NCBI GenBank assembly: GCA_043811535.1
Contig: JBDRNC010000017.1
Span: 128,001 to 192,000 of the forward strand
Direction of reading: 5' to 3'
DNA length: 64,000 bases
Source: Elusimicrobiota bacterium
GTDB taxonomy: Bacteria > Elusimicrobiota > Endomicrobiia > Endomicrobiales > JBDRNC01
The notes below the pieces were generated by a model. That model was given only the letters and a program-made list of their open reading frames with translations. It was not told the origin of the DNA and made no database searches. Shown here piece after piece: positions 1 through 10,334 of this stretch (position 1 is its first letter; every line of letters begins with the position of its first letter). Both the position numbers and the translations under genes were made by a program.

Positions 1-143
1 GGCCCGGGATTCCTCATCGGATCCGCGAATTCAATACCGCATGAACTGCACAGGCGGATGTCGTAGGAAATCCGCTCTATAGGTTCATTAAAGCGTTCTA
101 TGAATTTTATATCTGCTTCAGCCGCGCATATCGGGCATTTCAT
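1..143 (-). CDS. Partial CDS (runs off the window start): N-terminal Zn-ribbon, probably of a class I SAM-dependent methyltransferase
   Basis: Manual translation from ATG at 143: MKCPICAAEADIKFIERFNEPIERISYDIRLCSSCGIEFADPMRNPG. CxxC...CxxC is typical of glycan-locus methyltransferase N-termini. Confidence 0.55.
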   Translation of the reverse strand, partial: MKCPICAAEADIKFIERFNEPIERISYDIRLCSSCGIEFADPMRNPG

Positions 144-211
144 AAATACGATTGTAAGATTAGAAGATTGAAAAATTTAAAATTGGCAAACCACTTCACC
201 AGATAAATACC

Positions 212-1354
212 TCAAACGAATTTTCGGTAAATAGTCTCATACTGCTCCGCAACCTTTTCGATCGAAAAGCCCTGCTCGATAAAAGACCTTGCTTTTCCCC
301 CCAGTCCGGCGCTTTTCTCTTTTTGAGATAATAAGGTTCGAAGCGCATTGAGGAGCGCATCGGAGTTTTTGGGCTCAACCAAAAGGCCGTTTTCACCGTC
401 GCGGATTATTTCGGATACTCCGCCTATGTTAGTCGAGACACATGCTAATCCGCAGGACATCGCCTCCAATAGGGAGTTTGGTAGGCCCTCTCCGAATGAC
501 GGCAGGATGAATACATCGCCTGCCCTGAGGTAATCCGCGGTATTCTCTTTCCATCCCAAAAAGGAAACAGAATCAACGTTGCCGTATTGTTTTTTTAGCG
601 GGGCTTCTAAAGAGCCCGTCCCTATCAGTATAAGGCGGATATCCCGCATTTCCTTGCGCAGGCGTTCCCATGTTTCAAGTAGCACCTCAATACCCTTACC
701 GTTTTCGAACCTTCCGGAATAAATGACTATTCTTTCATTTAGCGACAAGCCCAAACGTTGCCTGAGCCCGGATTTCTCGTCGCGGTCCGCAGGTCTGAAT
801 TCCGATGTGTCCACTCCGTTGGGTATTATACTGATCTTGTCGTCCGGAAATCCGGCTGTTAAGAGTTCGCCCCTGATTTCCTTGCTTGGGCAGACGAAAT
901 GGCTCATATTATTTCTTATGAAACCGAGTTTTTGATTTCCGTGTAATGTGGAAAGAGAGGTGTGAATATCGCCTGTTTTTCTGCTTCCGCCGAATTTCAA
1001 TATTACGGGCTTTTTGTACAGTCTGGAAATGATTCCGGCAAGCACGGCGGGAGCAGAAGCAAGGTGGACATGCAAAATATCGAAATTGTCTAAATTCTTC
1101 CTGAGCCAGAAAAAACCGGATAAAACGTAGCCTAATGAGCCAATCCTGTTCTTCAGGGGTATTCCCTGGCGGAAAATGGGCAAACCACCGTACTCATCAG
1201 CCGCTTTTAGACCCGGAAGAAGCTGGGTCAAAACAAAAATCTGATTGTTTTTTCGGGCTAATTCTTTAGACAAGCGGTAGCATTGCAGCTCCGTACCGCC
1301 TTGAATAGGATAAAAACGCGAAATTAGCATTCCTATCCTGAATTTTCTGTCCAT
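212..1354 (-). CDS. Glycosyltransferase family 4 (GT-B)
   Basis: GGTE N-terminal motif, IPNGVD, GRF...KG, and PSFGEGLPNSLLEAMSCG (EX7E) motif. Confidence 0.93.
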   Translation of the reverse strand: MDRKFRIGMLISRFYPIQGGTELQCYRLSKELARKNNQIFVLTQLLPGLKAADEYGGLPIFRQGIPLKNRIGSLGYVLSGFFWLRKNLDNFDILHVHLASAPAVLAGIISRLYKKPVILKFGGSRKTGDIHTSLSTLHGNQKLGFIRNNMSHFVCPSKEIRGELLTAGFPDDKISIIPNGVDTSEFRPADRDEKSGLRQRLGLSLNERIVIYSGRFENGKGIEVLLETWERLRKEMRDIRLILIGTGSLEAPLKKQYGNVDSVSFLGWKENTADYLRAGDVFILPSFGEGLPNSLLEAMSCGLACVSTNIGGVSEIIRDGENGLLVEPKNSDALLNALRTLLSQKEKSAGLGGKARSFIEQGFSIEKVAEQYETIYRKFV

Positions 1355-1365
1355 ATCAGAGATTG

Positions 1366-1394
1366 ATTATACTAAATTTCTTTTTGTTTTTCAA
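1366..1394 (-). promoter_or_regulatory. sigma70-type promoter for the GT4 gene (very short leader)
   Basis: TTGAAA(1394-1389)-17 nt-TATAAT(1371-1366); ATG at 1354; no SD. Confidence 0.6.
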
Positions 1395-2349
1395 TCCGAA
1401 TTAGTTCGGAAAGGGTGATCTTTTCCTTGATAAGGCTGCGGATTCCCCAGAATGAGATGGTCAGCAACTGCAGTATATGAAGAGTTAGGATAAAGCCGAA
1501 AGCGAGATTCTTGTCTACATTAAGAATCGATAAAGACATTACTCCAAGGAACTCAACGGTTCCCACGTAACCGGGCGCCGGAGGCAGTATGGCGCCCATC
1601 CCGATGATAATCATCACAAAAAGCATCTGGAAATAGTTCAAGCCCATGTGAAAGGCGATGTTCATCAGGTAAAAAACAAATCCTTCTATTGACCATACGC
1701 ACAGGGAAAGGACAAAAACTGTTACCAGTCCTTTTACATTGCCGAATATTTGCAGGCCTTTGATGAAATTCCCGAAGAAATGGAGGATTTTTTCCGAAAA
1801 CCGCTTGGGCATAGGAATGCGGGACATGATTCTCATCGCGTATTCCTGATGACGCGTCATGAAGAAAAGGGCCGTTATGACGGCCAGAAACAGGATTCCT
1901 CCCGCGAAAAATGATTTTTTCGCCGTTTCGGGGAACGGCAGGAACATCACAGTCAAAAGGAAAAGCGTCACAAAAGTCAGCCCGTCGAATAATCTTTCCA
2001 CGACAACCGTGGCAAGCACTCCGCTGCGCGATATTTTGAACTTGTTGCCCGTGATATACGCCCGTATTAATTCCCCCAGCCTCAAGGGAAGCAGGTTGTT
2101 CATGAAGAAACCCAGGATCAGGTAGGAAAACAGCTTGAAAGGGCTTACGGATAGGATTGGAGAAATCAGTTGTTTCCACCTGAAACTCCTGACTAAAAAC
2201 GCTGAAGAATACACCACCATTATGATAGCTATCCAAAGCGGATTTATCTGGCGCATGTAGGATAGAGTATTGGCGAAATCTATCTGCCTGAGCGTCAGAA
2301 AAAGAAAAACCGCGCCGATAATAATACCGAAAATGAACCTTTTTTTCAT
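1372..2349 (-). CDS. UPF0104 / lysylphosphatidylglycerol-synthase-TM (flippase-like) membrane protein
   Basis: RSFRW, NNLLPLRLGELIR, VVERLFD and PPAPGYVGTVE motifs; multiple TM helices. Confidence 0.88.
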   Translation of the reverse strand: MKKRFIFGIIIGAVFLFLTLRQIDFANTLSYMRQINPLWIAIIMVVYSSAFLVRSFRWKQLISPILSVSPFKLFSYLILGFFMNNLLPLRLGELIRAYITGNKFKISRSGVLATVVVERLFDGLTFVTLFLLTVMFLPFPETAKKSFFAGGILFLAVITALFFMTRHQEYAMRIMSRIPMPKRFSEKILHFFGNFIKGLQIFGNVKGLVTVFVLSLCVWSIEGFVFYLMNIAFHMGLNYFQMLFVMIIIGMGAILPPAPGYVGTVEFLGVMSLSILNVDKNLAFGFILTLHILQLLTISFWGIRSLIKEKITLSELIRIEKQKEI

Positions 2350-4430
2350 TATTTATCCTTATTGAATGGCAGTCTTTTTAATATCATATCAATATCCGGT
2401 ATTTTTGTCAAAAAGCCTGCGAAAAATGTCCAGGATAACAAAAGAAATATTGAAACAAGCGTAATATACAGTCCCATGAGCCATGCGGCCGGGTGGAAAT
2501 ACATGTAAATCCTCTTGTCATTATAGTATTCGCCCGGAGGCAGAAAGACGGCCCTTAGCGACATGTTGCCGGTATAGATCTGATATTTTTTTCTGTCCGC
2601 GTATACGGACCATCCCGGATAATAGATTTCACTGAACAGGACTGTTCCGCCCGAAGGCAGCAAAACTTCGGAAGTGAGCTTATCCGTGCCGGATGAATAG
2701 GATAATATCCTTCCTGACAGGTTCAGGAGAGGAAAATCCTGCGGGACCGCCGTCACAAGTAAAATCTCGTTCGGCGCGAATTTCGTGTTATTCAGGAATT
2801 CAAGCTGATCCGGATGGTATTCAAAATTCTTTTCGGGATTGGGTATGACGGCCAGTTTTTTCGGTAAAAATACGCGGGGCAGAGGATTTGCCGCCCTGTA
2901 TAAAGTAATTCCGCTAGGAAGCGACGCCTGGATTCTGAAATTCCTTAATTTCTGCGAAGTGATATAGTACCCGACGGAAAGCCCTTTTGACATCGGTGAA
3001 AGCAGGTCAATTCTCGCCAATCCGGTGGGCCCCATCACCTTCTTTTCCTGGAAGCCGAGATAATGCACGTACTTTTTGAGAAAAATCGCCTCGTACCCGT
3101 TGACATTGTATTGATGGTACATCATGGCCTTGTCTGACTGCAGTTTGTCGGGCTCCGTGGCGATTCTATATACAGGGTTGATATACGCCCCCAATTCGCT
3201 TTTATTTTTATAAGCAGTCATGTCCTGGGAGTATATGAACTTATCGTGCCACCAAAAAAGATCAAAAACAATCAGGAATATTAAAACAATTTTTATAGGA
3301 TTTTTAAGAATATCCTTTAAATGATCCCACCCGGAAACTGCAAGCAGAATAAAACCAATAAGAGATACGCAGTAGAACCTGGCCGGTACCCTGAGCATGT
3401 CTAATCCGGGAATATTCCGGTATAGAATATCGATACGCGTATAAATACCGGTTGCAAGCAATATTCCCGCGGCCGCCAGCAGGATGTAAAGGTATTTCCC
3501 GCGTTTTACAGACACGTAAATCCCGACTATTGAAAGCAAAAGCGGTATAACGCCGAAATAAAGGCCGTGCCTTTCGAAGAAAAAGGACGCATTGTCCGGA
3601 AAAACGTAGTTACCGTCGACAATATTCCCGAAATAGTTTGGAAGCGCGAGATTAATCAGGTTTTTCAGTGGCAGAGAATAGTATTGCACCAGGGCGGGCC
3701 AGAAACTGTTTTCTATGGACCGGGACAATTGCGCCGTAGGTATAAGCTGCAGCGCGGCGATAAGCAGCGCAAATCCGGCTGAAAGAAAAATCCTCTTTAA
3801 GCCGGCCGGCTGGTATTTAAAAATGAAGAAAAGCGTCAGTACGGCGCCGGCGTAAACCGGCTGAAAATGACCGGATAGGAACAGAAACGCAAATACAAGG
3901 GAAAGAAGAAAAATATATTCCTTTTTTTCCGATCTGCCAACGATATCGGTGAATAGAATTGCTAGCGGAAGCCAGATGAATCCTGATAGCATGACAGGGT
4001 GTCCCGCGGGTATGGTATACAGCATAAACGAAGAAAATGCCCAGGACACGCTTCCGATAAAACAAGCGGTTTCTGAAAATCGCAAATATTTAAGAAGCAG
4101 GTAAGCGAAAATTCCGGCAAGAAATATGTGAATGACATAGAAATAATTGAAAGCCGCGACGAGCGGGAAGATGGAAAATAGAATTGAAAAGGGGTAAAAA
4201 ACCGCGCTCTGAGGATTGGCCAGCAACGGCTGGCCGGCGAAAATATAGGGATTCCATAACGGCATTTTACCTGAAATCAGATGCTCAGACACCAGATGTT
4301 TCAACGGGTAGTAATGAAGGAAAACGTCGCCGAAATTGCCGGCAATGCCAGTTGCCGTAAAAAGAATATTTCTGAAGAAATATACCGTCAATAAAAGAAG
4401 AAATACAAGAAAAACGCTAAATTTTCTCAT
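2349..4430 (-). CDS. YfhO-family GT-C membrane glycosyltransferase
   Basis: PLWNPYIFAGQPLLANPQSAVFYP, RVPARF, C-terminal SEIYYPGW; polytopic. Confidence 0.85.
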   Translation of the reverse strand: MRKFSVFLVFLLLLTVYFFRNILFTATGIAGNFGDVFLHYYPLKHLVSEHLISGKMPLWNPYIFAGQPLLANPQSAVFYPFSILFSIFPLVAAFNYFYVIHIFLAGIFAYLLLKYLRFSETACFIGSVSWAFSSFMLYTIPAGHPVMLSGFIWLPLAILFTDIVGRSEKKEYIFLLSLVFAFLFLSGHFQPVYAGAVLTLFFIFKYQPAGLKRIFLSAGFALLIAALQLIPTAQLSRSIENSFWPALVQYYSLPLKNLINLALPNYFGNIVDGNYVFPDNASFFFERHGLYFGVIPLLLSIVGIYVSVKRGKYLYILLAAAGILLATGIYTRIDILYRNIPGLDMLRVPARFYCVSLIGFILLAVSGWDHLKDILKNPIKIVLIFLIVFDLFWWHDKFIYSQDMTAYKNKSELGAYINPVYRIATEPDKLQSDKAMMYHQYNVNGYEAIFLKKYVHYLGFQEKKVMGPTGLARIDLLSPMSKGLSVGYYITSQKLRNFRIQASLPSGITLYRAANPLPRVFLPKKLAVIPNPEKNFEYHPDQLEFLNNTKFAPNEILLVTAVPQDFPLLNLSGRILSYSSGTDKLTSEVLLPSGGTVLFSEIYYPGWSVYADRKKYQIYTGNMSLRAVFLPPGEYYNDKRIYMYFHPAAWLMGLYITLVSIFLLLSWTFFAGFLTKIPDIDMILKRLPFNKDK

Positions 4431-6322
4431 AGCTGGGCCGGTTTCTTAGTTTTCAATATGGCTACCGCTCGAAACAGCATGATTGTCAGGGCTGCTATCG
4501 TGATAAGCAAACCCAGATAAAATGTCCATGGACGGTAAACCTGGTATAATACACGCCGTCCTGCGGGGACTTCTATTTCCCGGAAAACGCCGCCCCAGAC
4601 ATTAACGGGAAGCTTTTCATTGCCGGAGAATACATGCCATCCCGGATAATAAGTTTCCTTCCATATCAGTTGCTCTGGATTAGAGAAATCGGTTGAGATG
4701 ACTGATTTGCCGGGCGCATCTTCCAATATCGAAGACTTGCCTTCTGAAATCAGTTTGCCTTCCGGTGATACTATTTCATAAATGAGCGGAGACGTATTCC
4801 CGATAAGCTTGAATCCGCGGGTATTGGCGAGAGGTTTCTTGCATATAAAATATTTAACGCCTAAACGCCTGAAATATGGCAGACAATCCTGAGCATTGTC
4901 CTGCTTGTAGCATGTATTAACGAGATTCTCGACGGACGAAACAGTCAAGGGTTCGCCGTAACCGTAAGCATTGGATAAATGATACGGCAGGCTCGTCAGG
5001 CTGTATAGATATCCCCTGGCATTCTGCCAGCCGTCAACGATATTATATCCCGGGACATTTCTGTTCTTTTCAGTTCCGGGACTCAGAATGAACCTGAAGT
5101 TCCGGATATTTAATTGCAGTGCTTTGACCGACTCCGGCTTTTCCGTGAAGAATGAATTTCGCGCAAGTACCTGGTAATTGGAATTTGCCAGCAAAAGTTC
5201 AATCGCTATTAGCAGCGTGAAAATCCCTTTCAAAGGGAATTTATTGATCCCGGCCGCCGCAAGCAATGCTATCCCGGCTACTGCAAGATACATGAATTGA
5301 ACCGGATAACGCATTACCTTGAAAAAAGGGATAGTGTTATAGAGATAAGCATAGAACGGATTATTGCTTCCAAGCCCTAAAAATACACCCGCAAATACGA
5401 GAAAAAAGGCAAAAATAACGCGCCGATTACGGAATGACTTCAATGCTCCCAGTACAGCAAAGAATAAAGCAAAAATACCTACGTTAAATGTATTTGTCCA
5501 TGAAAAATGCTCTCCCGCGAGGATAGGCGCATCGGATGGCCTCAAGAAAGGATTCAACAAGCGGAAGATGTCGGCCGGCTTTACCGAATTTATCGTGGCT
5601 ATGGTAAAATCAATTCCTTCTTTCGCTCGTGCCGAGAGTTTTACAAGTTCATGAGTGGGGAGCAACTGAACTGAGACTATGGCGGAAAAGACAACAAATG
5701 CCAATAAGAACGGGAGCAGTCTTTTTCTGAAATTATCCGTCTCAAAAATGAAGAACAAGAGTAATATGAAGAGCTGTAAGAAAAACATCTGGTGCCCGCC
5801 TAAAAAAGCGGCCGAAAGCGTAAACGCGAGAAGAACGGGGTTGCGAATAAGCAAAAGCAGGAAGAAAATCCAGATATCGACGCTTAAATGGCTTAAAAAC
5901 TCCATTCTTGTGATGAGATATCCGTTAAAGGCGAAAACAAACATCATAGCCGCTGATCCGCTCTTCGTAAAGCCGCACTTTTTTCCGAATAAATAGGCGG
6001 ATAGACCGGCGAGAAATATGTGGAATAAATGAAATGCTTTCAGCGCGGCGGAAAAATCAAATAGATAAAAAAGCAGGGAAAACGGATAGAATACGGCTGA
6101 TTGCCAATTGGCCATAAGGGGCATCCCGCAAAAAGCGTACGGATTCCATAACGGTATTTCCCCTTTTTGGACAGCTTCGGAGCAAAGAACCTTCCATGGA
6201 TGGAAAAGATACGTGATATCCCGTAAGAAAAATGTTTCACCGAGAAGAATATTCCGCGAAAAGAAAAGAAGGATAATTGCCGCGAAGATGAAAATAAAAA
6301 TATTATCGGATTTTTTTATCAT
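4427..6322 (-). CDS. YfhO-family GT-C membrane glycosyltransferase (second paralogue)
   Basis: PLWNPYAFCGMPLMANWQSAVFYP, MRYPVQF, ETYYPGW; 4-nt overlaps with both neighbours. Confidence 0.85.
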   Translation of the reverse strand: MIKKSDNIFIFIFAAIILLFFSRNILLGETFFLRDITYLFHPWKVLCSEAVQKGEIPLWNPYAFCGMPLMANWQSAVFYPFSLLFYLFDFSAALKAFHLFHIFLAGLSAYLFGKKCGFTKSGSAAMMFVFAFNGYLITRMEFLSHLSVDIWIFFLLLLIRNPVLLAFTLSAAFLGGHQMFFLQLFILLLFFIFETDNFRKRLLPFLLAFVVFSAIVSVQLLPTHELVKLSARAKEGIDFTIATINSVKPADIFRLLNPFLRPSDAPILAGEHFSWTNTFNVGIFALFFAVLGALKSFRNRRVIFAFFLVFAGVFLGLGSNNPFYAYLYNTIPFFKVMRYPVQFMYLAVAGIALLAAAGINKFPLKGIFTLLIAIELLLANSNYQVLARNSFFTEKPESVKALQLNIRNFRFILSPGTEKNRNVPGYNIVDGWQNARGYLYSLTSLPYHLSNAYGYGEPLTVSSVENLVNTCYKQDNAQDCLPYFRRLGVKYFICKKPLANTRGFKLIGNTSPLIYEIVSPEGKLISEGKSSILEDAPGKSVISTDFSNPEQLIWKETYYPGWHVFSGNEKLPVNVWGGVFREIEVPAGRRVLYQVYRPWTFYLGLLITIAALTIMLFRAVAILKTKKPAQL

Positions 6323-7929
6323 TTTGAAGATGTGAAGTAATTTACAGTGTCCGGGTATTTCTTATTAAACTTGTCAAAATTTACGGCGCTATTCATTGCC
6401 AGAATTGCGTTTTCCTTTTCACCGGCGCTCCAGTACAACCACGCGAGGTCTGAAAGGTATAAATGGTTTTCCGGGAATCTTTTCAGGGCTTCCTTCTGGT
6501 AGTATACCGCCTTTTGAAGAAATTCGGGATCTTTTCGGGTTCTGTACAATGCGAAGCTGTTTTCCGCAAGCCTTGAAAAATATATAGACGGTAAAGGGTC
6601 CATATCTGTAGAAACCAGCAAGAGATTCTGGGCCGATGTATAATCTCCTATTTTAGAATATTCTACACCTTTATTTTGGAATGACCACGCCAAGAAAGGC
6701 GTCAATACTAAAAAATAACAAACCGGAAGAATCAAAAGCGTCGAAATTCGCTTGGACGTTGGTTGTTTTTCTTGTATCAGAGGGTATTCAATAGCGGTTC
6801 TTAATCCGATCATGAAAAGGAACAATATAAAGGGAACAAAAAAGCTGAAATCGAGCATATTCACTAGCAAAAGCGAAAACACAGCTAAAAATACTGAAGT
6901 GAAATAGGGGATATCGTCGTACTTATGATTTATTTTACTGCGGAACGAGAAGAAACCTGAAATTAAGAGTAAAATAAAACCCAAAAGGCCGGGAATGCCG
7001 GATTCTGCGGCGAATTGAAGGAAAATATTGTGGGCATAAAGTGAATAAAGCCCCGCCGAAGCTTTATAAGCAGCAAAATAATTTCCGAAATTCCCCCATC
7101 CGATACCGTTGAAAGCATTGTGCTTGAACATCTCAAAAGCCGTCATCCACCACATAAGTCTGTTCGCTAAGAAAAAACCCTCAAAATTTTTATCGGAGAT
7201 ATATTTGATTAAAGTTAAAAAAGCGATTACCAGCAAAGCGGAAATAAGATATACAAGGTTAATTTTGATTTTGCGGGAAAATCCCCTGCCGGAATAAAAA
7301 ATGTTATATGTCATATAAATAAATATAGTAACCAGGATAGCATTCCGGGAACGTGTTACGATCAGCCCGGCCAAAATAAGAAAAAACACGGTTTTTTCCA
7401 GCCAACCTTTGCTAAAATTCGGCAACGCCAGAAACAGGCAAAATGCAAGGAAGGTCGCAACGATATTTGCGTTAATTACTATTGATTTTGAAATAGGATA
7501 GAAAATGATGGATACGGATGGATTTATAAGCGAACGAACAATTGTTATTAAAGAGAACAACGCGGCAATATAAACGAGCATTGAAAAGATCATTTTTCGC
7601 TGCTCGCGAGGAACATATCCCCAAAGATAGGACAGCATCACGGCGTCACAGAGGATGAGCAGCTGTGTCCGAATTTCGGCTTTTTCATTATTCCCGAAAA
7701 ATGACAGAAGGACAAGGAGAGGAAGGACAAAGAGTGGTCCTTCCTGTTTTATATCAAATGAGGTACGATAAAAGAAGAGTAAGACCGAAAAAGCGGTGAA
7801 AACACAGATATGTGTGATTGTTTGGATCTCAAAATCCCAGGAGAACCTCATTAAAACAGAAAAAGAGAGCAGAAAGGCAAAAAAAATAGACAGCCAATTA
7901 TCTTTGAGGTGTTTGGTTAATATGTGCAT
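6319..7929 (-). CDS. O-antigen ligase / O-oligosaccharyltransferase-like (Wzy_C) protein with C-terminal TPR-like region
   Basis: TRSRNA, R..W...GIGWGNF, YAHNIFLQFAAESGIPG motifs; helical soluble C-terminus. Confidence 0.82.
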   Translation of the reverse strand: MHILTKHLKDNWLSIFFAFLLSFSVLMRFSWDFEIQTITHICVFTAFSVLLFFYRTSFDIKQEGPLFVLPLLVLLSFFGNNEKAEIRTQLLILCDAVMLSYLWGYVPREQRKMIFSMLVYIAALFSLITIVRSLINPSVSIIFYPISKSIVINANIVATFLAFCLFLALPNFSKGWLEKTVFFLILAGLIVTRSRNAILVTIFIYMTYNIFYSGRGFSRKIKINLVYLISALLVIAFLTLIKYISDKNFEGFFLANRLMWWMTAFEMFKHNAFNGIGWGNFGNYFAAYKASAGLYSLYAHNIFLQFAAESGIPGLLGFILLLISGFFSFRSKINHKYDDIPYFTSVFLAVFSLLLVNMLDFSFFVPFILFLFMIGLRTAIEYPLIQEKQPTSKRISTLLILPVCYFLVLTPFLAWSFQNKGVEYSKIGDYTSAQNLLLVSTDMDPLPSIYFSRLAENSFALYRTRKDPEFLQKAVYYQKEALKRFPENHLYLSDLAWLYWSAGEKENAILAMNSAVNFDKFNKKYPDTVNYFTSSK

Positions 7930-7979
7930 AGTCAGCCGCTTATTTGGCGCGAAACTTCCGGCAGGAAGGAAGGGATGAT

Positions 7980-9833
7980 TTAATTCTTAATAATCTGAGG
8001 CGTCAGGAAAACAAGCAACTCGGTGCGCTGTTTTGAACTGTAATCGCGTTTGAATAGATGCCCTATTATAGGAAGGTCGCCGAGCAGCGGAACCTGCGTT
8101 CCGAGTTTCCTGTCTTCCTCGGTTATAAGGCCGCCTATGACCACGGTTTCACCGTTATTTACCATTACCGTTGTGTCTGCTTCGCGCGTGCCGACAACCG
8201 GACCCGCAGCGTCCGCTCTTACGAACAGACTGACTTCAGGTCTCACTTGAAGCGTGACTTTCTCGTCGGCATTTATCGTCGGAGTAACAGAAAGTTTTAT
8301 ACCTACGTCCAGGAATTGCGTTGCCTGGGTTGAACCTGTTGCTGTAACAGTGGTTGTCGTGTATGGTATTCTCTGCCCTATGAGTATTCTTGCCTGTTTG
8401 TTGTTAATCGTTGTGACTTTAGGCGTTGAGAGAAGTTTTGAAAGGCCTTTTTGGGCTAATGCGGTCAACATACCCGTAATATAGGAATTATTGGTAACAA
8501 TGCCGAACGAAATAGCGGATAACTGGCCGCTGGCAGAGGCTCCCGGAAATGTAACACCGGTACCACCTCCAACAGGAGGTACTACGGTTTTATTTGAAGT
8601 GTCCGAGGGTTGAGTCCCGAATGCCTGTTCCGCACCGCTTGTCTGCCCGACCTTGATGCTGTCGCTGATGTCCGTGGCTATCTGCCACTGGATCCCGAGA
8701 TCCAGATCGTCCGTAAGCGATACTTCTACGATTTTACATTCTATTATTACCTGATACGGCTGTTTATCGAGTTCCGAAATAATTCCTTCCGCCGAAGACA
8801 ATCCTTCGGGGGTGTCGGTAATAATTATGCTGTTGGTCCTGAGGTCAATTGAACTGGCTCCGCGACGCCCTTCGGCGCTCCTGATAGCGTCTAAATTACC
8901 TTTAACATCTTCCGCTTTAGCGTAATTCAGCGGGAATATCTTTGTGAATGTAACCGACTGGTTTCTTTCTTCCGTCACCTTTTGTGTCGTGGTGATGCGC
9001 AGGATATTAGAACCTTGTTCCTGGCTCACAAGCCCCTTGAGCGCTAGAATAGTTTCAAAGGCCTTATCAAAAGGGACGTTCTCAAGATGCAGTGTTATTA
9101 TGCCTGATACCTCGTCGCCGTGTATCAAGTTGATGCCGCTCTTGATTGAAAGTATGCGCAAAACATCTTTTATTTCCGCTTCTTCGAAATCAAGGGTTAC
9201 GAGTGTTTTCGGCAGAATAGCTCGTTTTGATTTTTCCGTGGTTGTTGTTTTCTTTGTTGCGGTCTTCTTTGCCGGGGCAGCCGGTTTTGGCGCCGGTTTC
9301 TTTACCTTGTCGGCGGGTTTTGGGGTAGCTGATGCCAGAGTCTGCGCGTCTTTGGATTCTTCAACGGGAGTTGCGATAACGGTATCGTCTTCGGGGGGTG
9401 TTACCGACGCGCTATTTGCGATAACGGTATTGTCATTGGGGGCAGCATTTTCGGGATTTAGAGTCAGCGTGACTTCCGAACTGTTTCCTTTGAGGTCATA
9501 TTCAACCATTTGATTCAGCTCGACAACGACGCGAGCGATTTTAGTCGGTTCATTTTCAAATTGCGCGCTGCGGATTTTTTTAATCAGTTTTCCGTTGACC
9601 TCTATTTCCTTGCTCTTTACATCATGTTCGGTGTTGGTGAATTCAATGACTAGCCGGGGCGGATTGGAAATTTTAAAAATATTGAATTTTGTCTCGCCGG
9701 ACAATGTCATTATGACAGTGTTATTTTCGACCCTGATGTTATCTAAGGTCTTAAAACTTTCCTGCGCTTGAAGGGAATAGTACAGAACAGCCAGGGATCC
9801 GGCTACCCCTAAAATAGTTAGAATTCTTTTCAT
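7980..9833 (-). CDS. pilQ: Type IV pilus secretin with AMIN domain
   Basis: AMIN (PPRLVIEF), N0/N1 (TLDFEEAEIKDVL, LNYAKA), secretin (VPLLGDLPIIGHLF, ELLVFLTP). Confidence 0.95.
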   Translation of the reverse strand: MKRILTILGVAGSLAVLYYSLQAQESFKTLDNIRVENNTVIMTLSGETKFNIFKISNPPRLVIEFTNTEHDVKSKEIEVNGKLIKKIRSAQFENEPTKIARVVVELNQMVEYDLKGNSSEVTLTLNPENAAPNDNTVIANSASVTPPEDDTVIATPVEESKDAQTLASATPKPADKVKKPAPKPAAPAKKTATKKTTTTEKSKRAILPKTLVTLDFEEAEIKDVLRILSIKSGINLIHGDEVSGIITLHLENVPFDKAFETILALKGLVSQEQGSNILRITTTQKVTEERNQSVTFTKIFPLNYAKAEDVKGNLDAIRSAEGRRGASSIDLRTNSIIITDTPEGLSSAEGIISELDKQPYQVIIECKIVEVSLTDDLDLGIQWQIATDISDSIKVGQTSGAEQAFGTQPSDTSNKTVVPPVGGGTGVTFPGASASGQLSAISFGIVTNNSYITGMLTALAQKGLSKLLSTPKVTTINNKQARILIGQRIPYTTTTVTATGSTQATQFLDVGIKLSVTPTINADEKVTLQVRPEVSLFVRADAAGPVVGTREADTTVMVNNGETVVIGGLITEEDRKLGTQVPLLGDLPIIGHLFKRDYSSKQRTELLVFLTPQIIKN

Positions 9834-9869
9834 TATGATCGGCCTCCTCTATAAGGATGACGCAAAAAA

Positions 9870-10334
9870 TCAGTTTTCCCTTAATTTCAGTTCCTTGACG
9901 GAACCTTCGGGAGCAATCATTATTACGCTGTCTTTTTTTATTGCTCCGGAAATTCCCCTGATGAGCCTTTGACGGTTATCATAAAGCCTGCTGTCTTTAA
10001 GAACGAAAGTGGTGCCGTCTCCTGTTATCAGTGCAATTTTCGTCTTGCCTTCGGAGATTATTCCTTTCAGCGACAAACTTCCGATGTTTGGGGCCGTTAC
10101 TTCGTCTGATTCAAGAAAACGGCGGCCGGGACCCGTTAGAGAAATGAAAGGATCCCTGTATCTATCACCCCTGTAAGCATATTTTTGAGGGGCCTTTTTT
10201 TCATAAACAGGCATGGTAACTACCGGAGGAGGAAGTGTTTTCGCCGCGCCCGCGCCGGGAGGCGGCGTTTTCCCTTTTCCGCAACCGGAAAGTATTAAAA
10301 TCGGCAGTGTTAAATAAATGATTAGTTTTTTCAT
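9870..10334 (-). CDS. pilP: PilP-like pilus assembly lipoprotein
   Basis: Lipobox LSGC, RDPF motif, L.L.GII; lies between pilO and pilQ. Confidence 0.8.
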   Translation of the reverse strand: MKKLIIYLTLPILILSGCGKGKTPPPGAGAAKTLPPPVVTMPVYEKKAPQKYAYRGDRYRDPFISLTGPGRRFLESDEVTAPNIGSLSLKGIISEGKTKIALITGDGTTFVLKDSRLYDNRQRLIRGISGAIKKDSVIMIAPEGSVKELKLREN

